A stretch of DNA of 64,000 bases from an uncultured virus (IMG/VR IMGVR_UViG_3300010157_000056) (Duplodnaviria; Heunggongvirae; Uroviricota; Caudoviricetes), in IMG/VR virus record IMGVR_UViG_3300010157_000056, positions 1 to 64,000 of that record, one strand, 5' to 3'. Below are positions 1 to 8,420 of the stretch, in pieces. The translations under genes were made by a program, and so were the position numbers. The notes under the pieces are model-generated. The model worked only from the letters and a program-made list of their open reading frames with translations, made no database searches and was not told the origin of the DNA. Each line of letters opens with the position of its first letter. The stretch's first letter is position 1.

Positions 1-78
1 AGATTCCGCTTTTTGACCTAACCAGGTAAAAAACTTTCCATGAGCACGACCAATTGCATTTGCAAATTTAACTATCAT
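1..78 (-). CDS. 5' part of a hypothetical protein (MIVKFANAIGRAHGKFFTWLGQKAES...), runs off the window edge
   Basis: ATG at 78 preceded by TAAGGAAG (SD-like); frame open to position 1; not in the ORF track. Confidence 0.55.
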   Translation of the reverse strand, partial: MIVKFANAIGRAHGKFFTWLGQKAES

Positions 79-92
79 AACAAACTTCCTTA

Positions 93-160
93 TGGTGGAC
101 CTGGCGGGATTCGAACCCGCGTCTTGAATCCTTTTCAATCTACTTCATACCATCATAACT
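93..160 (-). ncRNA. ssrA: tmRNA 3' (acceptor) piece, probably from a two-piece/permuted tmRNA
   Basis: Minus strand reads ...TATGAAGTAGATTGAAAAGGATTCAAGACGCGGGTTCGAATCCCGCCAGGTCCACCA. This has the tmRNA-type GAC-GCGGG T-arm, an acceptor 3' strand CAGGTCC-A-CCA (G3:U70 Ala identity if the partner is GGGCCTG) and an upstream GTAGA motif. No matching 5' strand is present upstream. Confidence 0.75.
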
Positions 161-165
161 CTTAC

Positions 166-516
166 TTATCGTAGGTAGCAGGTACGCTCACGATAAATTT
201 GCCCATCAGGCATTTGAATTTCCTTCCAACCATAACACACTGTTTGCTGCTGTACAACTACTGGTTCACGCTGGATGAACACTTGTTGTTGTGGCACAGG
301 CTGTGGTTGATTTTGATTGGCAATTGCAGCACCTACCATTCCTCCAATAATTAGAGGAACTAAGATATCAGCCTGTGCATGTCGTTCTACTTGAACTACA
401 CGGGGAGCATATCGATATTCTCGATAAACATCTGCCCACGTAGAACTTACAGACATAGCCAATGCTAATGCTATAATATTTTTACTTGATTTGTTTACGT
501 ACATAGTATTTTTCAA
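166..516 (-). CDS. Hypothetical exported/membrane protein
   Basis: ORF with a signal-peptide-like N-terminus (IIALALAMSVSSTWA) and a hydrophobic Gly-rich segment (VPLIIGGMVGAAIA); the true start may be the internal MYVNK. Confidence 0.7.
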   Translation of the reverse strand: MKNTMYVNKSSKNIIALALAMSVSSTWADVYREYRYAPRVVQVERHAQADILVPLIIGGMVGAAIANQNQPQPVPQQQVFIQREPVVVQQQTVCYGWKEIQMPDGQIYRERTCYLR

Positions 517-517
517 T

Positions 518-664
518 TTAATCTGCTTCCATATAATGGAGTACTTGTCCTACACCATATTGGCATTCGGCTAGCATTTTAGCTTGCAATGAATTTTCAG
601 CATACATATAAATGTTAGCTGTTTGATAAGCACTGATACGAACCCATAATTTGTATTTACGCAT
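518..664 (-). CDS. Small hypothetical protein, 48 aa (MRKYKLWVRISAYQTANIYMYAENSLQAKMLAECQYGVGQVLHYMEAD)
   Basis: AGGAG SD just upstream of ATG at 664, TAA at 518-520, directly below a consensus sigma70 promoter; below the ORF-track size cut-off. Confidence 0.8.
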   Translation of the reverse strand: MRKYKLWVRISAYQTANIYMYAENSLQAKMLAECQYGVGQVLHYMEAD

Positions 665-693
665 AGTAGACTCCTGTATGTTGTTAAGTAATA

Positions 694-722
694 ATTATAA
701 CACGGTTTTACCGTATTGTCAA
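694..722 (-). promoter_or_regulatory. Consensus sigma70 (early) promoter with a palindromic spacer
   Basis: TTGACA-ATACGGTAAAACCGTGT(17 nt)-TATAAT; the spacer contains the inverted repeat ACGGT-AAA-ACCGT. Confidence 0.85.
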
Positions 723-735
723 CTATAATTTTACC

Positions 736-823
736 AAAAAGTGGAGGAATCTGCAAGTATTGGCCCCTCCAACCTCCCGGACTTGCACCTTACTAAATGT
801 TACACATTATGCCCTTGCAGACT
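736..823 (-). ncRNA. Candidate structured small RNA
   Basis: Follows an ATAAGTA late-promoter-like box (828-834) and ends in a U-tract. Closing stem GUCUGCAAG/CUUGCAGAU, internal hairpins AAUGU/ACAUU and UUGG/CCAA, and possible GGAGG/CCUCC pairing. Confidence 0.45.
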
Positions 824-830
824 ATAATAC

Positions 831-1673
831 TTATGCTTTAGTTATACGCCAGCAACTAACCCAATTTGCATTACTAGCAGCAGTACCGCCTGGATACGAG
901 ATAGTTAAATCTCCGTCGTCTGGATTGTTCTTACCACCACTAGGTGTTTGATTTCCACCTACAAAACTGTACTTGCCGTTGGCCGCAGTATATACAAAGT
1001 TCACATGCCTATAACTCCAGAATGCAATATCACCCGGTTGTGCTTCTGCCTTTGGTACTTGTACCGCGGTCCACTTTTCTGGACTAGTAGTAATCGCAGC
1101 AGCACTAGCAGTCTGTACATACTTATATCCACAACTCTTAAGAGTGTAGTTAACAAAGCCCATGCACCAAGCAGTTTGATCAGTAGTCCAAGGATTACTT
1201 GCAGGATATCCAAGATTGGTCCAAATGCCGGTAATCTTAGAATTACTTGCTGCACCGCCTTGTCCAGTTTCTCTCCATGTACCAGTTGCTGCTTCTGCTA
1301 ATCTTGCTTGTAAGAATGGTATAATATCTGATGCAGTTGGATCAGTGGCCACAGCCCCGTCTGGTACACTTGATGATTCAGGAGTACCTGCATAGTTACC
1401 TTTAACTCCGTCAGCAACAGCTTCTGGTTTATAATAATCATTAGGTTGGCCAGTTTGGGCTGTAACATAGTCGTCAACTAACGCCACAGCAGCCGCTTGA
1501 TCACCTTCTGGAATACTAACTGATACTGATACAGACACTGTGCCAAATGGTGCAGTAGATCCTGCTGGATTCCAAAGTGCAACCAAAACATTGTTTATGT
1601 AAACATTTGGTGAATTATAGACATCGGCAACGTGAGTTACACCGTGAACTACTGCGCCTGGTACATATGGCAT
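831..1673 (-). CDS. Putative peptidoglycan hydrolase, TIGR02594/NlpC-P60 (CHAP-like) C-terminal domain
   Basis: D-x-x-A-W-C-x-x-F-V (DQTAWCMGFVN), PGDIAFW..HVNFV and GGNQ motifs; the N-terminus SPNVYINN resembles a PAAR-type strand. Confidence 0.75.
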   Translation of the reverse strand: MPYVPGAVVHGVTHVADVYNSPNVYINNVLVALWNPAGSTAPFGTVSVSVSVSIPEGDQAAAVALVDDYVTAQTGQPNDYYKPEAVADGVKGNYAGTPESSSVPDGAVATDPTASDIIPFLQARLAEAATGTWRETGQGGAASNSKITGIWTNLGYPASNPWTTDQTAWCMGFVNYTLKSCGYKYVQTASAAAITTSPEKWTAVQVPKAEAQPGDIAFWSYRHVNFVYTAANGKYSFVGGNQTPSGGKNNPDDGDLTISYPGGTAASNANWVSCWRITKA

Positions 1674-1694
1674 ATCAATATCCTAAACTAATAT

Positions 1695-1982
1695 TTACCG
1701 TAGGGCAATATCAGTGGTGCTATCTCTATATTGGTCAGCAGCATCGTGCTTACTAGTCATCATGGCAAAAATGTGTGACTTGTTAATAGTTACTTCTTTA
1801 CCATTACCTAGAAACATCCAAGGCATCAATCCAACACCTTGTCCATTTAGTGTAACGCATAGTGGTTTGATAATTTTAACAGTCTCTGCAGTCTCACTAT
1901 CAAACCGCGCAATCAATTCTTCACCGTTGATCAATTTCAAACTGATAACGTCTGCGCTGGTAAATCCTCTTTCAATCAACAT
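1695..1982 (-). CDS. Hypothetical protein, probable Sm/SH3-like small beta-barrel
   Basis: VISLKLINGEELIARF pattern typical of T4-like phage Sm-like proteins. Confidence 0.7.
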   Translation of the reverse strand: MLIERGFTSADVISLKLINGEELIARFDSETAETVKIIKPLCVTLNGQGVGLMPWMFLGNGKEVTINKSHIFAMMTSKHDAADQYRDSTTDIALR

Positions 1983-1983
1983 A

Positions 1984-2412
1984 TTATTCCTTTGGTTCTG
2001 TTGGTAATTCGCATAGGGCCTCTAATAATTTATAGTGGTCATATGCTTTCTTTAATGCTTCAAAGTGTTCTAACTTTTCAGGGTCTGGAACCAGTATGGA
2101 CAGACGCTTTGAAATAGCTTCCATAAATTCTGAGATATTCCGGCCGTTTATCATAACCTTGCCTTCAAACACTGCATCACCTTTTACTTGTATTGAAGGT
2201 TGGCTAGTACTAGTACCAATGCTACCCCAATTGGCACCGGTGTTAGTAGTATAGTAGGTTCCATTACTACCATTTGCTCCAACTGCCCCGACTCCTGTAT
2301 TGTAACTGGGATATGGCCCAATCATACTTGAGGTTAATGTGTCTATTGCAAGTTTGCCATAATCTAGTGTGTTGATAGTTACATCATCTATGTTATAAGT
2401 AACGTCTTTCAT
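1984..2412 (-). CDS. Hypothetical phage protein
   Basis: 142-aa ORF, ATGA-coupled to glutaredoxin; C-terminal helix LKKAYDHYKLLEAL. Confidence 0.8.
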   Translation of the reverse strand: MKDVTYNIDDVTINTLDYGKLAIDTLTSSMIGPYPSYNTGVGAVGANGSNGTYYTTNTGANWGSIGTSTSQPSIQVKGDAVFEGKVMINGRNISEFMEAISKRLSILVPDPEKLEHFEALKKAYDHYKLLEALCELPTEPKE

Positions 2413-2630
2413 TTTAAAAATTCCTTTAATTCAGAAAACCCACCAATTGCTTTTCCATCAATAATGATTTGTGGCACTGATCTAGCTGTGGGAATTTCTT
2501 CTAGCAATTCTTCTTTAGAATATCCATCGCCAATTTTCTTTTCTTCAAATGCAATCTCTCTCTGACCCAACAATGATTTTGCCTGATCACAGAATGTGCA
2601 ATTATACTTGCTCCATACTACTACTTTCAT
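2409..2630 (-). CDS. grx: Glutaredoxin (NrdC/NrdH-like), 73 aa
   Basis: MKVVVWSKYNCTFCDQAK (CxxC), ARSVPQI and IGGF motifs; start reassigned to ATG 2630; adjacent to nrdB. Confidence 0.92.
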   Translation of the reverse strand: MKVVVWSKYNCTFCDQAKSLLGQREIAFEEKKIGDGYSKEELLEEIPTARSVPQIIIDGKAIGGFSELKEFLK

Positions 2631-2631
2631 T

Positions 2632-2796
2632 TTACCCTCTTCTATTAACTGCTGCCGCAATCTGTGAGGTCTCACCTCGTCTGCGACTATTTTCTCTTTC
2701 TAAAAATTGAACACGCTGATTCAATTCTTGATTCTGTTTAATCAATTGCGCAACTTGTTGTTCAAGTTTTGTAATTTTATCAGCGTCGGTAGACAT
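2632..2796 (-). CDS. Small coiled-coil protein, 54 aa (MSTDADKITKLEQQVAQLIKQNQELNQRVQFLERENSRRRG...)
   Basis: TAATG overlap with the nrdB stop; heptad Leu/Ile pattern; fills the nrdB-grx gap exactly. Confidence 0.75.
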   Translation of the reverse strand: MSTDADKITKLEQQVAQLIKQNQELNQRVQFLERENSRRRGETSQIAAAVNRRG

Positions 2797-3896
2797 TATA
2801 GATCTGGCAACTCGTCGTGTGTGACGCTATCGCTCATAACGCCTACAACATAATTTGTACTTTCAGTTTCCTGCAAAGCACTTTGTTTCTTGCCGATGTT
2901 AACGTGTTTGTTAAACCAAGGAATAGGACTTGCTCTTGGATGCTCTTCTTCGTACTTGATACCGATATCTTTCAAACGATTGAATGCAGTAAAGTCAACG
3001 AAGTCTTTTAGAATGTTTGCATTAAGTCCAATGACTGGACCTTTCTTAAACAGGTAATCTGCCCAGGCTTTTTCCTCATTGATAACTTCCATATACATAG
3101 CGTATACTTCGTCTGCACATTCTGCATCAAGAGCAATAAAGTCTGGATCATCCTTGGTTACATTGTTAATCAACCAAGCGGTCCATTCTGTGTGGAGGAG
3201 TTCGTCTTGGAGGATAAGGCTGATAATGTTTCCGTTGCCGATGTAGATTTTGTTTTCGACCATTGCGAGCGAAGTGGCAAATGAGACCATGAATCGCAAT
3301 GCCTCGAGTGCATAACTTGCATGTAATGCCATCCAAATTGCTCGCTTGTGAGTATGGAGATCAATTTCCTCACCCAGTTCTTTACGGCAGTTAAGTAAGT
3401 GTAGATGTTCATAATGACGTCCAATGTTCGCAGCCATTTCAACAATTTCTTTGGTATCGTGAATCTTGTTGAATTCGTCTTTAGGCACGCTGTAGATATT
3501 TCTGATAATGTGACTATATGATTTGCTGTGTAAATTTGTTTCAAACATCGACCATATCATTAACAATGCTTCTAGTTCAGGCAGACTGCACACCGGTCCA
3601 AAAATTTGGAATGGTGCTCTGCCTTGAATACTGTCTAGTGCTGTTTGTCTAAGTAGATTGCTAGTAAAGATATGTTTAACTGCATCGCTGGATTCTTTGT
3701 GATCCATTTTGTCTTTGGTAAGACTAATTTCTTCCGGAACCCAAAAGAACCCACGGGCTAATTCTTCGTACTTCTGTAGTTTGTTATATTTCACTTCTTC
3801 AAACCGTTGTACTGTAACTGGCCCAGCAGGATCCAGAAACATCATACGCTTAAGATAGTTTGTTGGTTTTGTTAAATTGTATTGTTCTATTGACAT
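2796..3896 (-). CDS. nrdB: Ribonucleotide reductase class Ia beta subunit
   Basis: FFWVPEEI, LDSIQGR, ETNLHSKSY (iron ligands and radical Tyr), LEALRFMVSF, DELLH, QETE..Y. Confidence 0.97.
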   Translation of the reverse strand: MSIEQYNLTKPTNYLKRMMFLDPAGPVTVQRFEEVKYNKLQKYEELARGFFWVPEEISLTKDKMDHKESSDAVKHIFTSNLLRQTALDSIQGRAPFQIFGPVCSLPELEALLMIWSMFETNLHSKSYSHIIRNIYSVPKDEFNKIHDTKEIVEMAANIGRHYEHLHLLNCRKELGEEIDLHTHKRAIWMALHASYALEALRFMVSFATSLAMVENKIYIGNGNIISLILQDELLHTEWTAWLINNVTKDDPDFIALDAECADEVYAMYMEVINEEKAWADYLFKKGPVIGLNANILKDFVDFTAFNRLKDIGIKYEEEHPRASPIPWFNKHVNIGKKQSALQETESTNYVVGVMSDSVTHDELPDL

Positions 3897-3902
3897 AATA
3901 TT

Positions 3903-6230
3903 TTAGAGTTTGCAGGCTAAACAATCTTCATCATCTTCTTCATATATTGTAACAGGTTGTGCTGCTACTAATCTATCACTTTGAGTGTTTAATACACTCT
4001 TACTACCCACTTTGTCTATGAGACTGTAATAAATTGATTTCAAACCCCACTTATATGCTAACATTAAATTCTTAGCAATTAGTGTCCCGGGTACTTTTCC
4101 ATCTTTAAAATGCTTGGGACTATAGAATGTATTGGTACTAATACTTTGATCAACATACACTGCAAGTACAGCGGCTGTCTTTAAGTATTCAACACAATCC
4201 TTTTGATCCCACATCATTTGATAACGATTCTTAAAGCGTTTGTACTCTGGTACTACCTGCACAAACGATCCTGCTTTAGATTCCTTAACGCTAATAAGTT
4301 CCATAGGCATCTCAATACCGTTGGTGCTGTTAAGAACAACACTAGAACTTTCAACTGGAGCAATCGCCATCAATGTAGCATTACGAATACCGTACTTGAT
4401 CATACGTGCTCGCAATGGTTCCCAGTCTAGGCTAGGTGTAAAGTCAGTTAGTTCATTGCTGCCTGCTGCTCTGCGTTCCCAAGGAAACACACCCTTACCG
4501 TAATACGTGTACTGGCTACGCCCGCATGGCCCACGCTCTTGGGCAAGCTCGACACTTGTTTCAGTTAGGTAAAATGCTTGATGTTCCATCCAACGCTTGA
4601 CTTCTGCAAGTGCTTCTGGAGTGCCATATTTGTATGAGCGTCGTGCATGCCAGTAGGCCAAGTTAGTAATGCCCACACCTAGTGGTTCAAATTCATCATT
4701 AGCAAGTTTGCTCTGTATGCTTAGGAAATCCTGATAGCCTAGTAAATTACTCAAACTACGAACCAACACACGACAAGCCTTGCGCATCTCTTGTGGGTTA
4801 CGGAAAGCACCCCAGTTTATTGACCCAAGAGTGCAAAGAGCGATGCGTCCCTCTGGATCTTCAATTCTCTGGAAAGGTTTTGTGGGTAGAAGTATCTCTT
4901 GGCATAGGTTTGATTGATAAATGGGATCAAGTGTAGTATCAAACGGACCTTGATTGATGACGTTATCGATATTGACAAGATATATGCGCCCCGTATCAGT
5001 ACGCTCTTTAAGAATGCCATTTTTGAATATCTCATCTGCTGATACGATTTTCTTTTTAATTGTCGGATGCTTCTCATAATTTAAATATAGTTGTTCAAAT
5101 TCTTCACTGTTGCGATAGTAAGCTTCGTACAGGTCCGGAACATCGTGTGGATCAAACAGGCTCATTGTTTCGCCACGCTTGTAACGATTCCAAAACATCT
5201 TATTGACTACTACACTGTAATCCATTTGACGCACACGCACTTCGTCAGTTCCTTGATTGTTTTTAAGTACAATCAAATCCTCAAATTGGTAATGCCAAAT
5301 AGGGAATGTGACTGTGCAACTTGCATTACGAATTCCACCCTGACTACAGCTACGAAGGTCTGCAAACCACTTTTTCAGAAAAGGTATCATTCCAGTATGC
5401 TTGATCTCACCATTGCGAATTGGGGCACCTAACGGTCTGATTCTGCCAATTTCCAGTCCAATTCCGGCTCGTTTTGAAGCATATTTGGCCATCATTTCGC
5501 CGCTAGCAAAGATACTGTCTAAAGTGTCATCTGAGCTTATCAATACACAAGAGCTAAACTGCTTAGTGGTTGTTCCAAGTCCAGCCAGAACTGGTGTAGC
5601 CAATGTAAAATGTCCTGCACTTGCACATTCATAATATTCCTTAACCCATTTTAATCTTGTTTCTTTTGGTTCTTTGTGGAATGCTGTAGCAGCGGCGACA
5701 GCATATCGAACTTGAGGTGTTTCAAAAATTTCTCCGTTAGCACGATTCTGTACTAGATATTTTTCACATAGTTGTGCAATTGCTGCATAGGTATATTCTT
5801 CGTCCTTACTGTGTTCAATAAACAAATCAATAATATTCCATTCATCTTCGGTGTACCAGTCTAGCAATTCATTAGTATACATTCCAGCTTTGATATTTTT
5901 CTTAACAATACTATAAAGAGAAGGAGGCTCATATTGTCCATATACTTCTTTACGCAACATACTAACACGTTGACGACCTGCTACATATTGATAGTTTACA
6001 TTATTAATTTCTGGGTTCTCAGATTCATCAATAAGATCTACCATGGCCTTTAATAATAGCTCGTCGATAGTTTTAGTAGTCATTCCATCATGTAGTTCAA
6101 TCTGGGCTTTTATTTCAATCATGCTAGGACTTACATTATCAATTCCTTTACATGAATAAGCTACCTGACGTTGTATCTTTTCAATATCCATGGTTACCCG
6201 ATTTCCACTACGCTTAACTACTGTGATCAT
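3903..6230 (-). CDS. nrdA: Ribonucleotide reductase class Ia alpha subunit with ATP-cone
   Basis: VVKRSG ATP-cone, QFSSCVL, SCSQGGIR, SNLCQEI (thiyl Cys), KSIYY, C-terminal CLAC. Confidence 0.97.
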   Translation of the reverse strand: MITVVKRSGNRVTMDIEKIQRQVAYSCKGIDNVSPSMIEIKAQIELHDGMTTKTIDELLLKAMVDLIDESENPEINNVNYQYVAGRQRVSMLRKEVYGQYEPPSLYSIVKKNIKAGMYTNELLDWYTEDEWNIIDLFIEHSKDEEYTYAAIAQLCEKYLVQNRANGEIFETPQVRYAVAAATAFHKEPKETRLKWVKEYYECASAGHFTLATPVLAGLGTTTKQFSSCVLISSDDTLDSIFASGEMMAKYASKRAGIGLEIGRIRPLGAPIRNGEIKHTGMIPFLKKWFADLRSCSQGGIRNASCTVTFPIWHYQFEDLIVLKNNQGTDEVRVRQMDYSVVVNKMFWNRYKRGETMSLFDPHDVPDLYEAYYRNSEEFEQLYLNYEKHPTIKKKIVSADEIFKNGILKERTDTGRIYLVNIDNVINQGPFDTTLDPIYQSNLCQEILLPTKPFQRIEDPEGRIALCTLGSINWGAFRNPQEMRKACRVLVRSLSNLLGYQDFLSIQSKLANDEFEPLGVGITNLAYWHARRSYKYGTPEALAEVKRWMEHQAFYLTETSVELAQERGPCGRSQYTYYGKGVFPWERRAAGSNELTDFTPSLDWEPLRARMIKYGIRNATLMAIAPVESSSVVLNSTNGIEMPMELISVKESKAGSFVQVVPEYKRFKNRYQMMWDQKDCVEYLKTAAVLAVYVDQSISTNTFYSPKHFKDGKVPGTLIAKNLMLAYKWGLKSIYYSLIDKVGSKSVLNTQSDRLVAAQPVTIYEEDDEDCLACKL

Positions 6231-6261
6231 TATTTTTACCTTTTTATGTCTTAGGTGATAT

Positions 6262-6696
6262 TTACCTAGGACCCTTAATCTCTATTATATTTTCAACTTT
6301 AAATTCGTCAATTAAATTACTAATGGGAATAGGTCCATCGTCGCTGTAATTTAGCACCCAAGAATTATTGATACATATTATATTGTACTCTTTAGTTTTA
6401 TTAAAGTCAACTAATGTTCTAAGTTCTATCTTACTATCTTGATATTTTTTTGTCAATTTCAAAGTCCAACAAATCATTAGGGCTTTAGTAAAATCGTCGT
6501 ATTTGTTGGTTTCGATAATCTGCCACGGGCTTGGCCAGCTTTTTTGATGGTAAGGATCTATATTCCTATTATGTGGAATGAACGGAGCAGCTTGCCAAAA
6601 ATCCCATACTAATTGTAATGGGTCTGTATTTTGATCTACTGCTCTCCTGTGCTCAATCCATTCTGTTAGTCTCTCTTCTACAGATAGGTTAAACAT
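6262..6696 (-). CDS. Hypothetical phage protein
   Basis: 144-aa ORF in the operon, WPSPWQII motif. Confidence 0.8.
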   Translation of the reverse strand: MFNLSVEERLTEWIEHRRAVDQNTDPLQLVWDFWQAAPFIPHNRNIDPYHQKSWPSPWQIIETNKYDDFTKALMICWTLKLTKKYQDSKIELRTLVDFNKTKEYNIICINNSWVLNYSDDGPIPISNLIDEFKVENIIEIKGPR

Positions 6697-6700
6697 AATT

Positions 6701-8383
6701 TTACAGCATCAGTGAAGTTTGGAAAGTAAATGTTATATCGGTTAGTCCGGTATATTTTAATTGCAACTCATAATACCCTTGTGCTGAATTAGTAACTACT
6801 AACCATTCAGTGTCTCCTTCTCCTGCACCGTAGGAGTATTCATCAGTTACATTTGTATTAGTGGGTTCAGCACCCGGTTGAAGATGTAGTTTAAATGTTC
6901 CCATCCTATCAACAGTATATGCACCTGGATTCAGCTGATCTTCTTCAAACATATGATATTTAATTACTAACTGTTGTGCTTCAGTTGTTATAATAGGAAG
7001 TTTTAAAATAGTTGTATATACTCCGTTTACAAGAGTTTTTCTATTAACACTTACGCTATCTAATGCAGCAACACCATTTACTAAAGGGTTATATGTACCT
7101 ACTGTAGTATTTTGAGTTTGCCAATCTTGTCTATCAAAGTAATCGTTAACAGTTATATTGCCATCAGATAGATATGTTATGATAGGATAAGCGGAATTCT
7201 CTTCATCTATACCGTTATTACCAACATTATAAAATTGGTTATTCATACTAATGTGATATGTACCAACATCAGACTCGCCAACATAAATTGCTTCTCTCTC
7301 AATATTTTCAAATCTGTTATTTAATATACGACCATATCTAGGGCCATATGTAGCAGTTACATCTTTGGTATCATTGAATGAAATGCCACGTACTGAATTA
7401 TAGAATTTAGAATTTTGTACAATAGGATTTACAATATCGTAGTTTGATTTAACTCCGCTGTATAATCCTTCAAATGTACAATTGTCAATTAATACATTTT
7501 CAGATGATACTTGTAATGCACCGTTGCCGCGTATATCAATACCTGAATAATCTATATTAACACCATCTGCTGGTAAATGATGTCCGATGAATTTAACACG
7601 TTTAATTAATGCATTTTCAGAGCAATCAATACTGATCAAACTATAACCATTTTCTACATTAGTTTCTACGCTATCGTATTGAATAGTCATTCCTTCTAAG
7701 TGTAGATAGTTAGGTTGTGTAATACCTGAACTAATTCCAGCTTCAAAAGTTGTTCGTCCTTCAGTTGCTTGGTCTGATCCTACTGTTTGAAATGCATGAG
7801 CGGCATCAGATATAAGATTAATAATAGTTTTACCAATACCTTCACCTACGATAGTAGTGTAGGCAGGAACAAAAATTGCAGTATCAATATTATATATGCC
7901 TGCTGGGAGATATAAAATCTTAGCAGAATATTCTCCGTATTTGCTATTAGTTTTTAAAGGATCTAAAAATAGATTATCAATAGCTTTTTGTATCTTAGTA
8001 GTTTCGTTTCCTACGCCAACAACTCCAAAGTCTGCAATACTAACAAAATCATCAGATTTTTTACGTAGTAATCGTTGATATGGTTGTCCGCCAACTGTTA
8101 ACGCAGTAATACCATCTGTTATGCCATCATCAGTTTCACTGCGATATGTATAACTGACAGAATCAGAGGGTTCTGGTAGATTGCTGAAAAAGTTTACTAG
8201 ATCGTTTTCTGTTAGAATTCTAACATTATCGTCTCTAGATCCACCGTCTTCTCTACGTAGACCGATGTACAAATTTTCAGTATCTGCTGCCCAACCAAAT
8301 TCGCCGCCCGCTAATACAGGCACACCTGTTTGGTTTTCTTGTCCTCTTCGGACTTGTATCCGTGAAATTGAAACGACTGCCAT
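6701..8383 (-). CDS. Virion protein: Mtd-N-like N-terminus plus pectate-lyase-like beta-helix
   Basis: ISRIQVRRG..GEFGWAAD; VSIADFGVVG..IQKAID..LYLPAGIY..VGEG (Pectate_lyase_3-like); repeated IxNxxFxN beta-helix rungs. Confidence 0.75.
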   Translation of the reverse strand: MAVVSISRIQVRRGQENQTGVPVLAGGEFGWAADTENLYIGLRREDGGSRDDNVRILTENDLVNFFSNLPEPSDSVSYTYRSETDDGITDGITALTVGGQPYQRLLRKKSDDFVSIADFGVVGVGNETTKIQKAIDNLFLDPLKTNSKYGEYSAKILYLPAGIYNIDTAIFVPAYTTIVGEGIGKTIINLISDAAHAFQTVGSDQATEGRTTFEAGISSGITQPNYLHLEGMTIQYDSVETNVENGYSLISIDCSENALIKRVKFIGHHLPADGVNIDYSGIDIRGNGALQVSSENVLIDNCTFEGLYSGVKSNYDIVNPIVQNSKFYNSVRGISFNDTKDVTATYGPRYGRILNNRFENIEREAIYVGESDVGTYHISMNNQFYNVGNNGIDEENSAYPIITYLSDGNITVNDYFDRQDWQTQNTTVGTYNPLVNGVAALDSVSVNRKTLVNGVYTTILKLPIITTEAQQLVIKYHMFEEDQLNPGAYTVDRMGTFKLHLQPGAEPTNTNVTDEYSYGAGEGDTEWLVVTNSAQGYYELQLKYTGLTDITFTFQTSLML

Positions 8384-8420
8384 GTAAATATCCCCTCTAT
8401 GAGATATTTATCTTACTGTG

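Noticed and set aside
93..165. tRNA gene
   Set aside because: T-arm and CCA are present, but there is no complementary 5' acceptor strand, D-arm or anticodon arm; it fits a tmRNA 3' piece better
571..756. ORF-track 61-aa minus ORF
   Set aside because: It runs through the promoter and has no SD; the 518-664 frame has a clear SD and promoter
741..822. Twister or HDV/theta ribozyme call
   Set aside because: Only partial motif resemblance; the conserved catalytic and loop nucleotides could not be placed, so it is kept only as an unassigned structured RNA
2631..2675. N-terminal extension of glutaredoxin in the ORF track
   Set aside because: It overlaps the 54-aa ORF; the glutaredoxin fold starts at MKVVVW (2630)
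2796..6230. Introns or inteins in nrdA/nrdB
   Set aside because: Both ORFs are continuous and of ordinary length, with no intein motifs
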